In this document: positions 48,790-62,714 of the stretch, piece by piece
Numbering within the stretch: the first letter of the stretch is position 1
How the letters are laid out: the number at the start of each line of letters is the position of its first letter
DNA from: Somniosus microcephalus
Taxonomy: Eukaryota
NCBI GenBank assembly: GCA_052327205.1
Contig: JBMRGM010000035.1
Coordinates: forward strand, 100,564,001-100,628,000
Length of the DNA: 64,000 bases
Direction: 5' to 3'
Position numbers and translations under genes: made by a program
Notes under the pieces: generated by a model
What the model was told of the DNA's origin: nothing
The model's database searches: none
Seen by the model: only the letters and a program-made list of their open reading frames with translations

Positions 48790-51754
48790 AAATGGCTGGG
48801 GGTTGGGAACCTGAGCAGGGAGACAGAGGAAAGGGAAACAGGGATAAAAGCAAAAGATAGGAAGGAGAAAAACAGAAGTGGCAGTCAGAGAAATCAACGG
48901 TTTAAATCAAACGTGGCCACAGTAAATAATAATTCTAATAGGTCTAAGTGCGTTAAAAAAACAAGCCTGAAGGCTTTGTGTCTTAATGCGAGGAGCATTT
49001 GTAATAAGGTGGATGAATTGGCTGCGCAAATAGAGGTAAACAAATATGATTTGGTTGGGATTACGGAAACGTGGCTCAAGGATGGCCAAGACTGGGAACT
49101 CAACATCCAGGGGTATTCGATATTCAGGAAAGATAGGCAAAAAGGAAAGGGAGGTGGGGTAGCATTACTGGTTAAAGAAGGGATTAATACAATTTTAATG
49201 AAGGATATTAGCTCTGATGATATGGAATCTGTATGGGTAGAATTGAGAAATACTAAGGGGACAAAAACATTAGTGGGAGTGGTATATAGACCTCCAAACA
49301 GTAAGGCGGTGGTTGGGGATGGCATTAAAAGGGAAATTAAAGAAGCGTGCAACAAGGGCACAGCAGTCATCATGGGTGATGTTAATCTACATATAGATTG
49401 GGCCAACCAAATTTGTAACAATACTGTGGAGGAGGAATTCCTGCAGTGTTTACGGGATGGTTACCTGGACCAATATGTCGAGGAACCAACCAGAAATCAG
49501 GCCATCTTAGACTGGGTATTATATAACGAGGAAGGATTAATTAGCAATCTTGTTGTACGAGGCCCCTTGGGTCGGAGCGATCATAATATGATCGAATTCT
49601 TCATTAAGATGGAGAATGAAGTAGTTGACTCAGAGACAAGGGTCCTCAATTTAAATAAAGGAAACTACGATGGTCTGAGGACCGAGTTGGGTAGGATTGA
49701 CTGGGGAATGGCACTCAAAGGGTTGACGGTGGATAGGCAATGGCAAACATTCAAAGACCGAATGGATGAGCTACAGAATTTGTTCATCCCAGTTTGGCAT
49801 AAAAATAAATCAAAAAAGGTGACTCAACCGTGGCTAACAAGGGAAATTAGGGATAGCATAAGATCCAAGGAGAGGACATATAAATTGGCCAGAATAAGCA
49901 ATAATCCTGAGGATTGGGAGCAGTTTAGAATTCAATAAAGGAGGACAAAGGGATTAATTAAGAAAGGGAAAACAGAATATGGGAAGCTTGCAGGGAACAT
50001 AAAAACTGACTGTAAAAGCTTTTATAGATATGTGAAGAGAAAAATATGGGTGAAGTGAAGCGTAGGTCCCTTGCAGTCAGAATCAGGGGAATTTATAATG
50101 GGAAACAAAGAAATGGCAGACCAACTAAATACATATTTTGGTTCTGTCTTCACAAAGGAGGACACAAATAACCTCCCAGAGATGCTGGGGAACATAGGGT
50201 CTGATGAAAGGGTGGAACTGAAAGAAATCAGTATTTGCAGGGAAATGGTGGGACTGAAGGCCGATAAATCCCCAGGGCCTGATAATCTACATCTGAGGGT
50301 ACTTAAGGAAGTGGCCCTAGAATTAGTAGATGCATTGCTGGTCATCTCCCAGAACTCGATAGATTCTGGAACAGTACCCATGGAATGGAGGGTAGCTAAT
50401 GTTACCCCACTATTCATAAAAGGTGGTAGAGAAAAAGCGGGGAATTATAGACCGGTAAGCCTGCCATCGGTAGTGGGGAAAATGCTAGAGTCTATTTTAA
50501 ATGATGTAATAGCAGAGCACTTGGAAAGCAGTGACAGGATCGGACAAAGTCAACACGGATTTACAAAAGGTAAATCACGCTTGACTAATCTACCGGAATT
50601 TATTGAGAATGTAACTGGTAAAATAGATAAGGGAGAACCAGTGGATGTGGTGTATTTGGACTTTCAGAAGGCTTTTGATAAGGTCCCACATAAGAGATTA
50701 GCGTGCAAAATTAAGTCAGATGGGATTGGGGGCAAGGTATTGACTTGGATAGAGAACTGGTTGGCGGACAGAAAGCAAAGAGTTGGAATAAACGGTTTTT
50801 TTTCTGAGTGGCAGGCAGTGAATACTGGGGTACCGCAAGGATTGGTCCTAGGACACCAGCTGTTCACAATATATTAATGATCTGGACAAGGGAATTGGAT
50901 GTAATATCTCCAAATTTGCAGACGACACAAAGCTGGGTGAGAGGGTAGGCTGTGAGGAGGATGTAGTGAAACCCCAGTACGATTTGGACATGTTGAGTGA
51001 TTGGGCAGAAACATGGCAAATGCACTATAATGTGGATAAATGTGAGGTTATCCACTTTGGTGGCAAAAACAGGAAGGCAGATTATTATTTGAATGTCAAT
51101 AGATTGGGAGAAGGGGAAGTGCAAAGAGACCTGGGTGTTCTTGTGCACCAGTCGCTGAAGGTAAGCATGCAGGTGCAGCAGGCGGTTAAGAAGGCAAATG
51201 GTATGTTGGCCTTCGTAGCAAGAGGGTTCGAGTACAGGAACAAGGATGTCTTGCTACAGTTGTACAGGGCCTTGGTGAGACCACACTTTGAGTATTTTGT
51301 GCAGTTTTGGTCGCCTTACCTGAGGAAGGCCGTTCTTGCCATGGAAAGAATGCAGTGAAGATTCACCAGGCTGATACCTGGGATGGCAGGAATGACGTAT
51401 GAGGAGAGATTGTGTCGATTCGGCTTATACTCATTGGAGTTTAGAAGATTGAGAGGGGTTCTCATCGAAACCTATAAAATTCTTTCTGGCCTGGATAGAC
51501 CAGATGCAGGAAGGATGTTTCTGATGGCCGGGGTGTCCAGAACACGGGGTCATAGTCTAAGGATAAGGGGTAAGCCATTTAGGACTGAAATGAGGAGGAA
51601 TTTCGTCACCCAGAGAGTGGTAAACCTGTGGAATTCTCTGCAACAGAGGGCGGTGGAGTCCAGTTCATTAAATATATTCAAGAAAGAGTTGGATATATTT
51701 CTTAAGGCTAAAGGGATCAAGGGATATGGGGAGAAGGCAGGGACAGGGTACTGA
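48790..51754 (+). pseudogene. CR1 ORF2 (APE endonuclease + reverse transcriptase)
   Basis: LNARS, GITETW, YRPPN, SDHN; KSPGPD, YRPVSL, QHGF, DFQKAFDKV, GVPQG. Several stops and frameshifts. Confidence 0.93.
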
Positions 51755-51857
51755 ATTTGGATGATCAGCCATGATCTCATTGAATGGTGGAGCAGGCTCG
51801 AAGGGCCGAATGGCCTACTCCTGCTCCTATCTTCTATGTTCCTATATTTCTATGTTA

Positions 51858-54800
51858 ATTCAGAGCAAGGCAGTGGGTGTTTCTGATAATTCAATGTCAG
51901 AGAGTTGTTATTTCTGATAATTCTGAGCCAAACAGTGGGTGTTTTTGATAATTCAAAAACAGCCAGGTGGTGTTTCTGATAATTCAAACCCTGACAGTGG
52001 TTGTTTCTGAAAATTCAGTCCAGGCAGTTGGTTCTTCTGACATTTGGTGTCAGAACTGGACAGAGGGTGTATCTGATCATTCAGGCGCAGACAGTGGGTG
52101 TTTCTGATAATTCAGACCCAGAGAATCATTGTTTCTCAAAATTCAGAGCCACAAAGTTGTTTCTGATCATTCTGAGCCAAGCAGTGGGTAATTCTGAGAA
52201 TTCAGACCCAGTCAAGATGCTTCTGATAATTCAGACCCAGACGGTGGTTCTTTCTGATAACACAGTCCCAGATGATTGGGTGTTTCTGATAATTCAGATG
52301 CAGACATTGTTTATTTCTGATAAGTCAGACGCAGACAGCAGCAGTTCTGATATTTCAGATGCAGACAGAGGGTGTTTCTGATAACTCCGACCCAGACAGT
52401 GGGTGTTTCTGAAAATTCGGACACAGACATTGGGTGCTTCTGATAATTCAGTGCCAGAGTTTGGTTATTTCTGAAAATTCAGAACCAGACAATGGGTGTT
52501 TCTGATAAGTCAGACGTAGACAGTGGATGTTTCTGATCATTCTGACGCAGACAGTGGCTGTTTCTGTTAAGCCAGACCTAGACAGTGAATGTTTCTGATA
52601 ATTCTGACCCAGACAGTGGCTGTTTCTGATAAGTCTGATGGAGGCAATTCTCCATTCTGAAAATTAACTCCGAGGCAGAGGTGATAATGATATTTCAGAG
52701 AGAGACAGTGTGACTTTCGGATAACTCATACTCAGGCACTGGGTGTTTATGATAATTCAGACCCAGACAGTGGGAGTCTCTGATAATTCAGAAACAGAAG
52801 TAATTGTCTCTGATAATTCAGACCCAAACAGTTGTTTCTGATCATTCTGAGCTAAACAGTGGGTGTTTCTGATGAATCAGACACAGACAGTTTTCCAGGA
52901 TGATAATTCAGACCCTGGCAGTGGGTGTTTGAGATAATTCAGACCCTGACAGTTGTTTTTCTGCTAATTCCGACCCAGACTGTTGTTTCTGATAATTCAG
53001 ACTCAGACAGTGGGTATTTCTGATAATTCAGACACAGATAGTGGGTGTTTCTGATTATTCAGAACCAGACAATTGGTGCGGCTGATAATTGAAACCCAGG
53101 GAGTGTTTTTTTTGTAATATTTAAGACCAGACAGTGGGAGTTTCTGGTAATTCAGGCCCAGACATTGGGTGCTTCTGATGCTTCCGTATTGGACAGATTG
53201 TGAAGCTGATCATTCAGGAATAGACAGTGGTCGCATCTGAACTTCGAGACGCAGACAATGGATGTTTCTGATAATTCAGACCCAGAAAGTCATTGTTTCT
53301 GATCATTCTGAGCCAGACAGTTGTTTCTGGTAATTCTGAGCCAAACAGTGGGTGTTTCTGATAATTCACCCCAGACAGTGGGTGTTTCTGATAATTCAAA
53401 CCCGGCCATTGGTTATTTCTAATAAGTAAGGCTTAGATGATTGGATGTTTCTGAAAATTCGGATGCCAACTTTGGCTGTTCCTGATAATTTAGACCCAGA
53501 CAGTGGGTGTTCCTGATAATTAGACCCTGACATTGTTTGTTTCTGATATGTTAGACGCAGACAGCGGGTGTTCTGATAATTCAGGTGCACACAGTGGGTT
53601 TTTCTGATAATTCCAACCCATACCGTGTGTTTTTCTGAAAATTCAGGCATAGACATTGGGTGCTTCTTATAATTCCGTGCCAGAGAGTGGTTATTTCTGA
53701 AAATTCAGAGCCAGACAGTGGGTGTTTCTGATAACTCCAACCTACACAGTGGATTGGTCTGATAATTCAGACTCAGATAGTGATTGTTTCTGATAAATCA
53801 GACCCAGATGATTTGATGTTTCTGATAATTCAGACCCAGATATGGTTTATTTCTGATGTCAGGTGCAGACAGCGGGTGTTCTGATAATTCAGACTCAGAC
53901 AGAGGGTGTTTCTGATAATTCCAACCCAGACAGTGGGTGTTTCTGAAAATTCTGACACAGACATTGGGTGCTTCTGAAAATTCAGTGCCAGAGACTGGTT
54001 ATTTCTGAAAATTCAGTAGCAGACATTGGATGTTTCTGATAAGTCAGACCTAGACAGTGGATGTTTCTGATCATTCTGGCCCAGACAGTGGCTGTTTCTG
54101 ATAAGTCAGACAGAGGCAGTTCTCCATTCCGAAAATTAACACTGAGGCAGCAGGTGATAATGTTAATTCAGACACAGACAGTGCGACCTTTGGATAATTC
54201 ATGCTCAGGCAATGGGTGTTTAATTAATTCAGACCCAGACAGTGGGAGTCTCTGATAATTCGGAAACAAAAGCAATTCTTTCTGATAATTCAGAGCCAGC
54301 CTGTTCTTTCTGATCATTCTGAGCCAAACAGTGGCTGTTTCTGATGATTCAGATTCAGAGAGTGGCGTGTCTGACAATTCAGGCACTGAAGTGGGTGTTT
54401 TTGATAATTCAGAGCCAGACAGCTTGTTTGTCAGCTATCTCAGACCCAGACAGTTGTTTCTGATTATTCAGACTCAAGGCAGTGAGTATTTCTGATAATT
54501 CAGCCCCAGATAGTGTGTGTTTCTGAATATTCAGCCACAGACAGCAGGTGTTTCTGAAAATTCAAAGCCAGGCAGTGGGAGTTTCGGAAAATTCAGTCCC
54601 AGACATTTTGTACTTCTGATAATTCAGTACTGGATAGAGGGTGTTTCTGATCATTCAAACACAGACAATGGTTATTTCTGATAAGTAAGTCCTAGATGAT
54701 TGGGTGTTTCTGAAAATTCAGCCACCAGCTTTGGCTGTTCCAGATATTTCAGACCCCGACAGTGGGTTTATCTGATAATTCAGACCCTGACTTTGTTTGT

Positions 54801-57800
54801 TTGTGATATGTTAGACGGAGACAGCAGGAGTTCTGATACTTCAGGCGCAAACAGTTTTTTTTTTCTAATAATTGCAACACATATCGTGTGTTTTTCTGAA
54901 GATTCAGACACAGACATTTGGTGCTTCTGATAATTTAGACCCAGAGAATCATTGTTTCTGATAGTTCAGAGCCACAAATGTGTTTCCGATAATTCTGAGC
55001 CAAGCAGTGAGTATTTCTGAGAATTCAGAACCAGACAATGGGTGATCCTAATATATCAGACCTAGACAGTGGATGTTTCTGATAATACAGACCCAGACAG
55101 TGGGTGTTTCTGATCATTCAGACCCTGCCAATGGGAGATTCTGATAACTCAGACCCAGACATTGAGTGCTTCTGATAATTCAGAACCAGACAGTGGGATT
55201 TTGTGTTTCACAATTCAGACCCACACATTGTATACATCTGATAATTCAGGCCCAGAAAAGGGATCCTTCTGATAATTTATGCCCAGACAGTTTAGCCTCG
55301 GAAAATTCAGCAGTAAACAATCATTGTTCCTGATAAATCTGTTCGATACAGAGGTTGTTTCTGATAATTCAGAGCGAGACACTGGGTGTTTCTTATAATT
55401 CAGAAATAGACAGCGAATTTTTCTGATAATTCAGACACCAGACAGTGGGTGTTTCTGAAAGTTCAGAACCAAGCAGAGGCTGTTTTTGCTATTTCAGAAC
55501 AGACAGCGGGTTTTTCTGAATATTAAGATACAGGCAGCGATATTTTCAGATAATTCAGAGACAGACAGCGTGTGTTTCGAACAATTCAGACCCAGACAGT
55601 GAGTGTTCCTGATAATTCAGACACAGACAGTGATAATTTCTGACAATTCAGAGCCAGACAGTTTGTATTTCTGATAATTCAGAGCCAGACAATCGGTGTT
55701 TATGATAATTCAGACCCAAACAGTTGGTGTTTCTGATAATTGAGAACCAAACCGTGTGTCCTTCTGATAATTCAGATTCAGACAATTTGTGTCTATTACA
55801 ACTCTGACCCAGTCAGTTGGACATTCTTATAATTCAGATCCAGACAGTGGGTGTTTGTGTCATTTCACACCAAGACAGTGTAACCTACGGGATATTCAGA
55901 ACCAGACAGTTGGTGCTTATGTTAAGGCTTACCTAGAGAATACATGTTTAAGATAACACGCACCCAGACAATAGGTTTTTCAGAAAATTTGGACACAGGC
56001 AGTGGGCTCTTCTGATAATCCAGACCCAGAAATAAGGTGTTTCTGATCATTGAGACCCAGACATTGGGAGCTTCTGATTATTCAGAACAAGGCAGAGGGT
56101 GTTTCTGGAAACTCAGACCAAGGCAGTGGGTGTTTGTGATTATTCAGACACAGACAGTGGGTGTTTCTGACAGTTCAGACCCAGACAGTGGTAGTTTCTC
56201 GTAATTCAGTCCCACACAGTGGGTGCTTCTGATAATTCAGACCCAGACAGTGGGTGTTTCTGATAATTCAAACCCAGACAGTGGGTGTTTCTGAATATTC
56301 AGACTCAGACAGTGTTCTTTTCTAAGGATTCAGAGCCAGGCAGTGGTTGGTTCTGATAATTCAGACATAACATTGGGTGTTCTGATCATTCAGACACAGA
56401 CACTGGTAGTTTTTGATAATTCAGACCCAGGCAGTTGGTGTCTCTGATAATTCACAGCCAGACACTCGGTGTTTCTGAAAATTCAGACCAAGGCAGTTGT
56501 TTCTAATAATTCAGATCAAGGCAGTGGGTGTTTCTGATAATTCAGACCAAGGCAGTTGTTTCTGATCATTCAGATGAAGACAGTGGGTATTTCTGATAAT
56601 TCAGACCGAGAGAGTTGGTGTCTCTGTTAATTCAGACCAAGGCAGTTATTTCTGATCATTCAGATGAAGACAGTGGGTATTTCTGATAATTCAGACCGAG
56701 AGAGTTGGTGTCTCTGTTAATTCAGACCAAGGCAGTTATTTCGGATAATACAGACACAGACAGTGAGTGTTTCTGATAATTCAGACCCTGCCAGTGGGAG
56801 TTTCTGATAAGTCAGACCCAGACATTGAGTGCTTCTGAAAATTCAGAACCGGACAAGTGGGATTTTGTGTTTGATAATTCAGACCCACACATTGTATACA
56901 TCTGATAATTCAGGCCCAGAAAAGGGATCCTTCAGAAAATGTATACCCAGACAGTTTTGCCTCGGATAATTCAGCAGTAAACGATCGTTGTTCCTCATAA
57001 TTCTGTTCGATACAGAGGTTGTTTCTGATAATTCAGTGCGAGACAGTGGGTGTTTCTTATAATTCAGAAATAGATAGTGAATTTTTCTGATAATTCAGAC
57101 ACAGAGAGTGGGTGATTCTGAAAATTCAGAACCAAGCAGAGGCTGTTTCTGATAATTCAGTGCGAGACAGTGGGTGCTTCTTATAATTCAGAAATAGACA
57201 GTGAATTTTTCTTATAATTCAGACACAGGGAGTGGGTGATTCTCAAAATTCAGAACCAAGCAGAGATTGTTTCTGATATTTCGAACAGACAGTGGGTATT
57301 TCTGAATATTCAGACACAGACAGCCATATTTTCTGATAATTCAGAGCCAGACAGCGTGTGTTTCGAATAATTCAGTCCCAGACATTGGGTGTTCCTGATA
57401 AATCAGTCACAGACAGTGATAATGTCTGATAATTCAGAGCCACACAGTGGGTGTTTCTGAAATTCCAGACAAAGACTGTAGTTTTAATCTGATAATTCAG
57501 AGCGAGACAGCGGGTGTTTCTGACAAATCAGACCCATTCACTGGACGCTTCTGATAATTCAGATACAGACGGTGGGCATTTCAGATAATTCAGAATAAAA
57601 CATTTATTTCTGTTAGTCCAGACCCAGACAGTGGTTGTTTCTGATAATTCAGACACAAATCTTGAGTGTTTATGAAAATTCAAACGCAGAGATTGTTTGT
57701 TTCTGAAAAGTCAGACGCAGACAATGAGTGTTTCTGCTAAATTAAACGCAGCCAGCTTGCGTTTCTGATAATTCAGACCCAGACAGAGGGTGGTTCTGAT

Positions 57801-58935
57801 AATTCTGACCCTGAATGTGGGTGTTTCCTACAAGTCAGACGCAGAAATTGGGATTTTCTGTTAATTCAGATGCAGAGAGTGGGTGTTTCTGAGATTTCAA
57901 ACCCAGGCAGTCTGCCGTTCCGAAAATTAAGACCAAGGCATTGAGTGATAATAATAATTCACATACAGACAGTGCGACTTTCAGACAATTCAAAAACAGG
58001 CAGTGGCTGTTCCTGATAATTCAGACCAAACAGTGTGTGTTTCTGAAAATACAGACCCAGACAGTGGGGTTCTCGAAAAATTCAGACCCAGAATGTCATT
58101 GTATCTGATAATTCAGAGCCAGAAAGTTGTTTCTGATAATTCTGATCCAGACAGTGTGTGTTTCTGAAAATTCAGGCACAGACATTGGCTGCTTCTGATA
58201 ATTCAGAACTGGACAGGGAGAGTTTCTGATCAATCAGGACCAGACAGTGGATGTTTCTGATATTTCAGACCCAGACAGTGGGTGTTTCTGAAAATTCAAT
58301 CCCAGATATTGTTTGTTTCTGATAAGTCAGATGCAGACAGTGGGTGTTTCTGATAATTCAGACCAAGGCAGTTGTTTCTGATAATTCAGATCAAGACAGT
58401 GGGTATTACTAATAATTCAGACCCAGACAGTGATTCTTTCTGAAAATTCAGACCCAGATATTGTTTGTTTCTGATAAGTCAGATACAGACAGTGGGTGTT
58501 TCTGATCATTCAGACCAAGGCAGTTGTTTCTGATAATTCAGATAAAGACAGTGGGTATTTCTGATAACTCAGACCCAGACAGTGGGTGTTTCTGATAATT
58601 CAGATCAAGGCAGTTGTTTCTGATAATACAGACCCAGACAGTGGGTGTTTCTGATAATTCAATCCCTGCCAGTGGGAGATTCTAATAACTCAGACACAGA
58701 CATTGAGTGCTTCTGATAATTCAGAACCAGACAGTGGGTTTATATGTTTGATAATTCAGACACACACATTGTATACACCTGATAATTCAGGCCCAGAAAA
58801 GTGATCTTTCAGATAATGTATACCCAGACAGGTTTGCCTCGGATAATTCAGCAGTAAACAATCGTTCCTCCTGATACATCTATTCGATACAGATTTTGTT
58901 TCTGATAATTCAGAGCGAAACAGTGGGTGTTTCCT
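51858..58935 (+). repeat. 31-bp satellite array
   Basis: Uninterrupted monomers, including a local 90-bp three-monomer duplication at ~56543-56735. Confidence 0.96.
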
Positions 58936-61900
58936 AGAGAGCAAATAATAAAAATGCCAACAGAGAAGGTCTTAGACTGAGGTAGCAGTGGGGAAATTAA
59001 AAACCAGAGCGTGTCAGGAAGGGGCAGAAGGTATGGAGTAAAAAGTAAAGTAATAAAAAGGGCAAAAACAGGATCTAAGTGTCACAAAAAATATTTGAAA
59101 GTTCTCTATCTGAATGCATGTAGCATTCGTGACAAAATAGACGAGTTAATGGCACAAATAACTACATATGGGTATGATCTTGTGGCCATTACAGAAACAT
59201 GGCTGCAGGGTGACAATGCCTGGGAATTAAACATACCGGGTTATTTAACGATCAGGAAGGACAGGCAGGAAGGAAAGGGAGTTGGGGTGGCTATGTTAAT
59301 AAAGGAAGGAATCACTGTAATACAGACAAATGATATTGGGTCAAAAGATCAGGATAATGAAACAGTTTGGATGGAGATAAGGAATAATAAGGGGAAAAAA
59401 CAGTAGTGGGCATAGTCTATAGGCCTCCAAACAGTTGCAAATATGTCGGACGGTGTATCAATGAGGAAATAGTTGAGGCTTGTAATAAGGGAGCATCTAT
59501 AATTATGGGGGATATTATTAATTGGTCAAATCAAATTGGGCAGGGCAGCCTTGAGGATGAGTTCATTGAATGTATTAGGGATGGGTTTCTTGAGCAGTAT
59601 GTAACTGAACTGACCAGGGGGCAAGCAACCTTAGATCTGGTCCTGTGTAATGAGACAGGATTAATTAATAATGTCCTAGTAAAGGATCCCCTTGGAATGA
59701 GTGACCACAACATGGTTGAATTCCATATTCAATTAGAGGGTGAGAAGGTTGGATCTCAAACAAGCGTGCTAAGCTTGAATAAAGGAGACTATGAAGGTAT
59801 GAGAGCGGAATTGAGTAGAGTGGATTGGGAAAATAGATTAAAGGGTAAGACGATACAGGATCAGTGGTGTACATTTAAGGAGTTATTTTACAACTTCCAA
59901 AAAAAATATATTCCACTGAGAAGAAAAGGGTGTAAAAGAAAAGACAGCCATCTGTGGCTAAGTAAATAAATTAAGGATAGTATTCAACTAAACACAAGGG
60001 CATATAAGGTAGCCAAATCTAGTGGAAGGATAGAGGATTGGGAAAACTTTAAAAGGCAGCAAAAAATATCAAAAAGATTGATTAAGAAAGGGAAGATAAA
60101 TTATGAAAATAAATTAGCAAAAAATATAAAAACAGATAGTAAGAGTTTTTATAGTTATATAAAAAGAAAAAGGGTGGCTAAAGTAACTGTTGGTCCCTTA
60201 GAGGATGAGACCGGGAAATTAATGGTGGGAAATATGGAGATGGTAAAAACACTGAATGAATATTTTGTATCAGTCTTTACAGTAGAGGACACTAAGAATA
60301 TCCCAACACTGGACAAACAGGGAGCTATATGGGGGGAGGAGCTAAACACGATCAAAATCACTAAGGAAGTGGTACTCGGTAAAATAATGGGACTCAAGGC
60401 GGATAAATCACCTGGACCTGATGGCTTACATCCTAGGGTCTTGAGGGAAGTGGCGGTAGGGATTCTGGATGCATTAGTAATAATTTTCCAAAACTCCCTG
60501 GACTCAGCAAAGGCCCCAGCAGACTGGAAAACTGCTAATGTAACACCCTTATTTAAAAAGGGCAGTAGACAGAAGGCTGGAAACTATAGTCCGGTTAGCC
60601 TAATATCTGTGGTGGGTAAAATTTTGGAGTTCATTATTAAGGAGACAGTAAAAGGACATTTGGATAATCATAATTTAATAGGACAAAGTCAGCATGGTTT
60701 TATGAAGGGGAAGTCATGTTTGACAAATTTGCTGGAGTTCTTTGAGGAAGTAACATATAGGGTGGATAAAGGGGAACCAGTGGATGTAGTGTAATTAGAC
60801 TTCAAAAAGGCATTTGACAAGGTCCCACACGAAAGATTATTGTTCAAGATAAAAAATCACGGGATTGGTGGTAATATTCTGGCATGGATAGAGGATTGGC
60901 TATCTAACAGAAGGCAGTGAGTTGGGATAAATGGTTCATTCTCAGATTGGCAATCAGTAACTAGTGGTGTTCCGCAGGGGTCAGTGCTGGGTCCCCAACT
61001 CTTTACAATTTATATTAACGATTTGGAGGAGGGGACCGAGTGTAACATATCAAAGTTTGCAGATGATACTAAGATGGGAGGGAAAGTAGTGAGTGAGGAT
61101 GACATAAAAAACCTGCAAGGGGACATAGACAGGCTAAGTAAGTGGGCAGAGATTTGGCAGATGGAATACAATACTGGAAAGTTTGAGGTTATGCACTTTG
61201 GCAGGAAAAATCGTAGAGCAAGTTATTATCTAAATGGCAAGAAACTGGAAAGTACTGAAGTACAAAGGGGTCTGGGGGACCTGGTGCACGAAACTCAAAA
61301 GGTTAGTATGCAGGTGCCGCAAGTGATTAAAAAGGCCAATGGAATGTTGGCTTTCATTGCTAGAGGGATAGAATATAAAAATAGGGAGGTATTGCTTCAG
61401 TTGTACAAGGTATTGGTGAGACCGCACCTGGAATACTGCATGCAGTTTTGTTGTTCATAATTAAGAAAAGACATACTTGCGCTCGAGTCAGTACAAAGAA
61501 GGTTCACTTGGTTAATCCCGGGGATGAGGGGATGGACATATGAGGAGAGGTTGAGTAGATTGGGACTCTACTCATTGGAGTTCAGAAGAATGAGAGGCGA
61601 TCTTATTGAAAAAAAAAGATTGTGAAGGGGTTGGATCGGGTGTATGCGGGGAGGATGTTCCCGATGATGGGTGAAACTAGAACTAGGGGGCATAGTCTTA
61701 GAATAAGGGGCTGCTCTTTCAAAACTGAGATGAGGAGGAACTACTTCACTCAGAGGGTGGTAGGTCCATGGAATATGCTGCCCCAAAAAGCTGTAGATGC
61801 TACATCATTACATAAATTTAAAACAGAAATAGACAGTCTTCTAGAAGTAAAGGGAATTAAGGGTTACGGGGACCGGGCAGGAATTTGGACATGAGTCTAG

Positions 61901-62136
61901 GTTCGGCGTGGACTTGGCCCTGTGGGTACCGGAGCGGGCCCAGGGGCCATGTAGCCTGATCCTGCTCCTATTTCGTGTGTCTAATTCTGTTAGATTCAGG
62001 AGATGGTTCTGTGATAGTAGATTGGCAGTTAGGATCAGATCCGCCATGATCTTATTGAATGTTGGAGCAATCTCGAGGGGCCGATTGGCCTACTCCTGCT
62101 CCTATTTCTTATGTTCTTATGTTCTTATGTTCTTAT
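58936..62136 (+). mobile_element. CR1 LINE, 5'-truncated just upstream of ORF2, disrupted
   Basis: ORF fragments 59011..61894 cover APE (LNACS, AITETW, YRPPN, SDHN) and RT (QHGF, FADDTK). (TTCTTATG)n tail at 62107-62136. Confidence 0.95.
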
Positions 62137-62714
62137 AATTCAGAAATAGACAGCGAATTTTTCTCATAATCCAGACACAGACAGTTGGTATTTCTGAAAG
62201 TTCAGAACCAAGCAGAGGCTGTTTCTGATATTTCAGAACAGACAGTGGGTGTTTCTGAATATTCAGACACAGGCAGCGATATTTTCTGATAATTCAGAGC
62301 CAGACAGCGTGTGTTTCGAATAATTCAGACCCAGACAGTGCGTGTTCCTGATAATTCAGACACAGAATGCGATAATTTCTGATAGTTCAGAGCCAGACAG
62401 TGGGTGTTTCTGAAATTCCAGACCAAGGCAGTGGTTTTATTCTGATAATTCCGAGCGAGACAGTGGGTGTTTCTGATAATTCAGTGCCAGACAGTGGGTA
62501 TTTCTGAAAATTGAGACCCATTGAGTGTTTTTTTCTGATAATTCAGAGATAGACAATGGTGGTTTCTGATAATTGAGAGCCAGACAATGGGGGTTTCTGA
62601 TAATTCAGATCCAGATAATCGGTGTTTATGATAATTCAGACCCAAAGAGTTGCTGATTCTGATAATTGAGACCCAAACCGCGTGTCCTTCTGATAATTCA
62701 GATTCAGACAATAT
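62137..62714 (+). repeat. 31-bp satellite
   Basis: Monomer consensus; paralogous to ~55395-55785. Confidence 0.93.

Larger units (their letters stand above)
47709..51857 (+). mobile_element. Near full-length CR1 LINE (ORF1 + ORF2), disrupted
   Basis: ORF1, APE and RT are all present. TTCTATGT-type tail at 51831-51857. Satellite on both sides. Confidence 0.95.

Noticed and set aside
20645-58935. CRISPR-like appearance of ~31-bp partly palindromic repeats
   Set aside because: Units are directly adjacent with no unique spacers, there are no cas genes, and the context is eukaryotic.
23706-58944. Many short ORFs of the FLIIQTQTVGVSDNSD / NYQKHPLSG type
   Set aside because: They are translations of the satellite; the 31-bp period cycles through all three frames.
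537-61427. ORFs antisense to CR1, Harbinger and Gypsy coding regions (e.g. 537..1016, 13248..13700, 15009..15737, 48894..49421)
   Set aside because: Shadow frames of the real coding strand.
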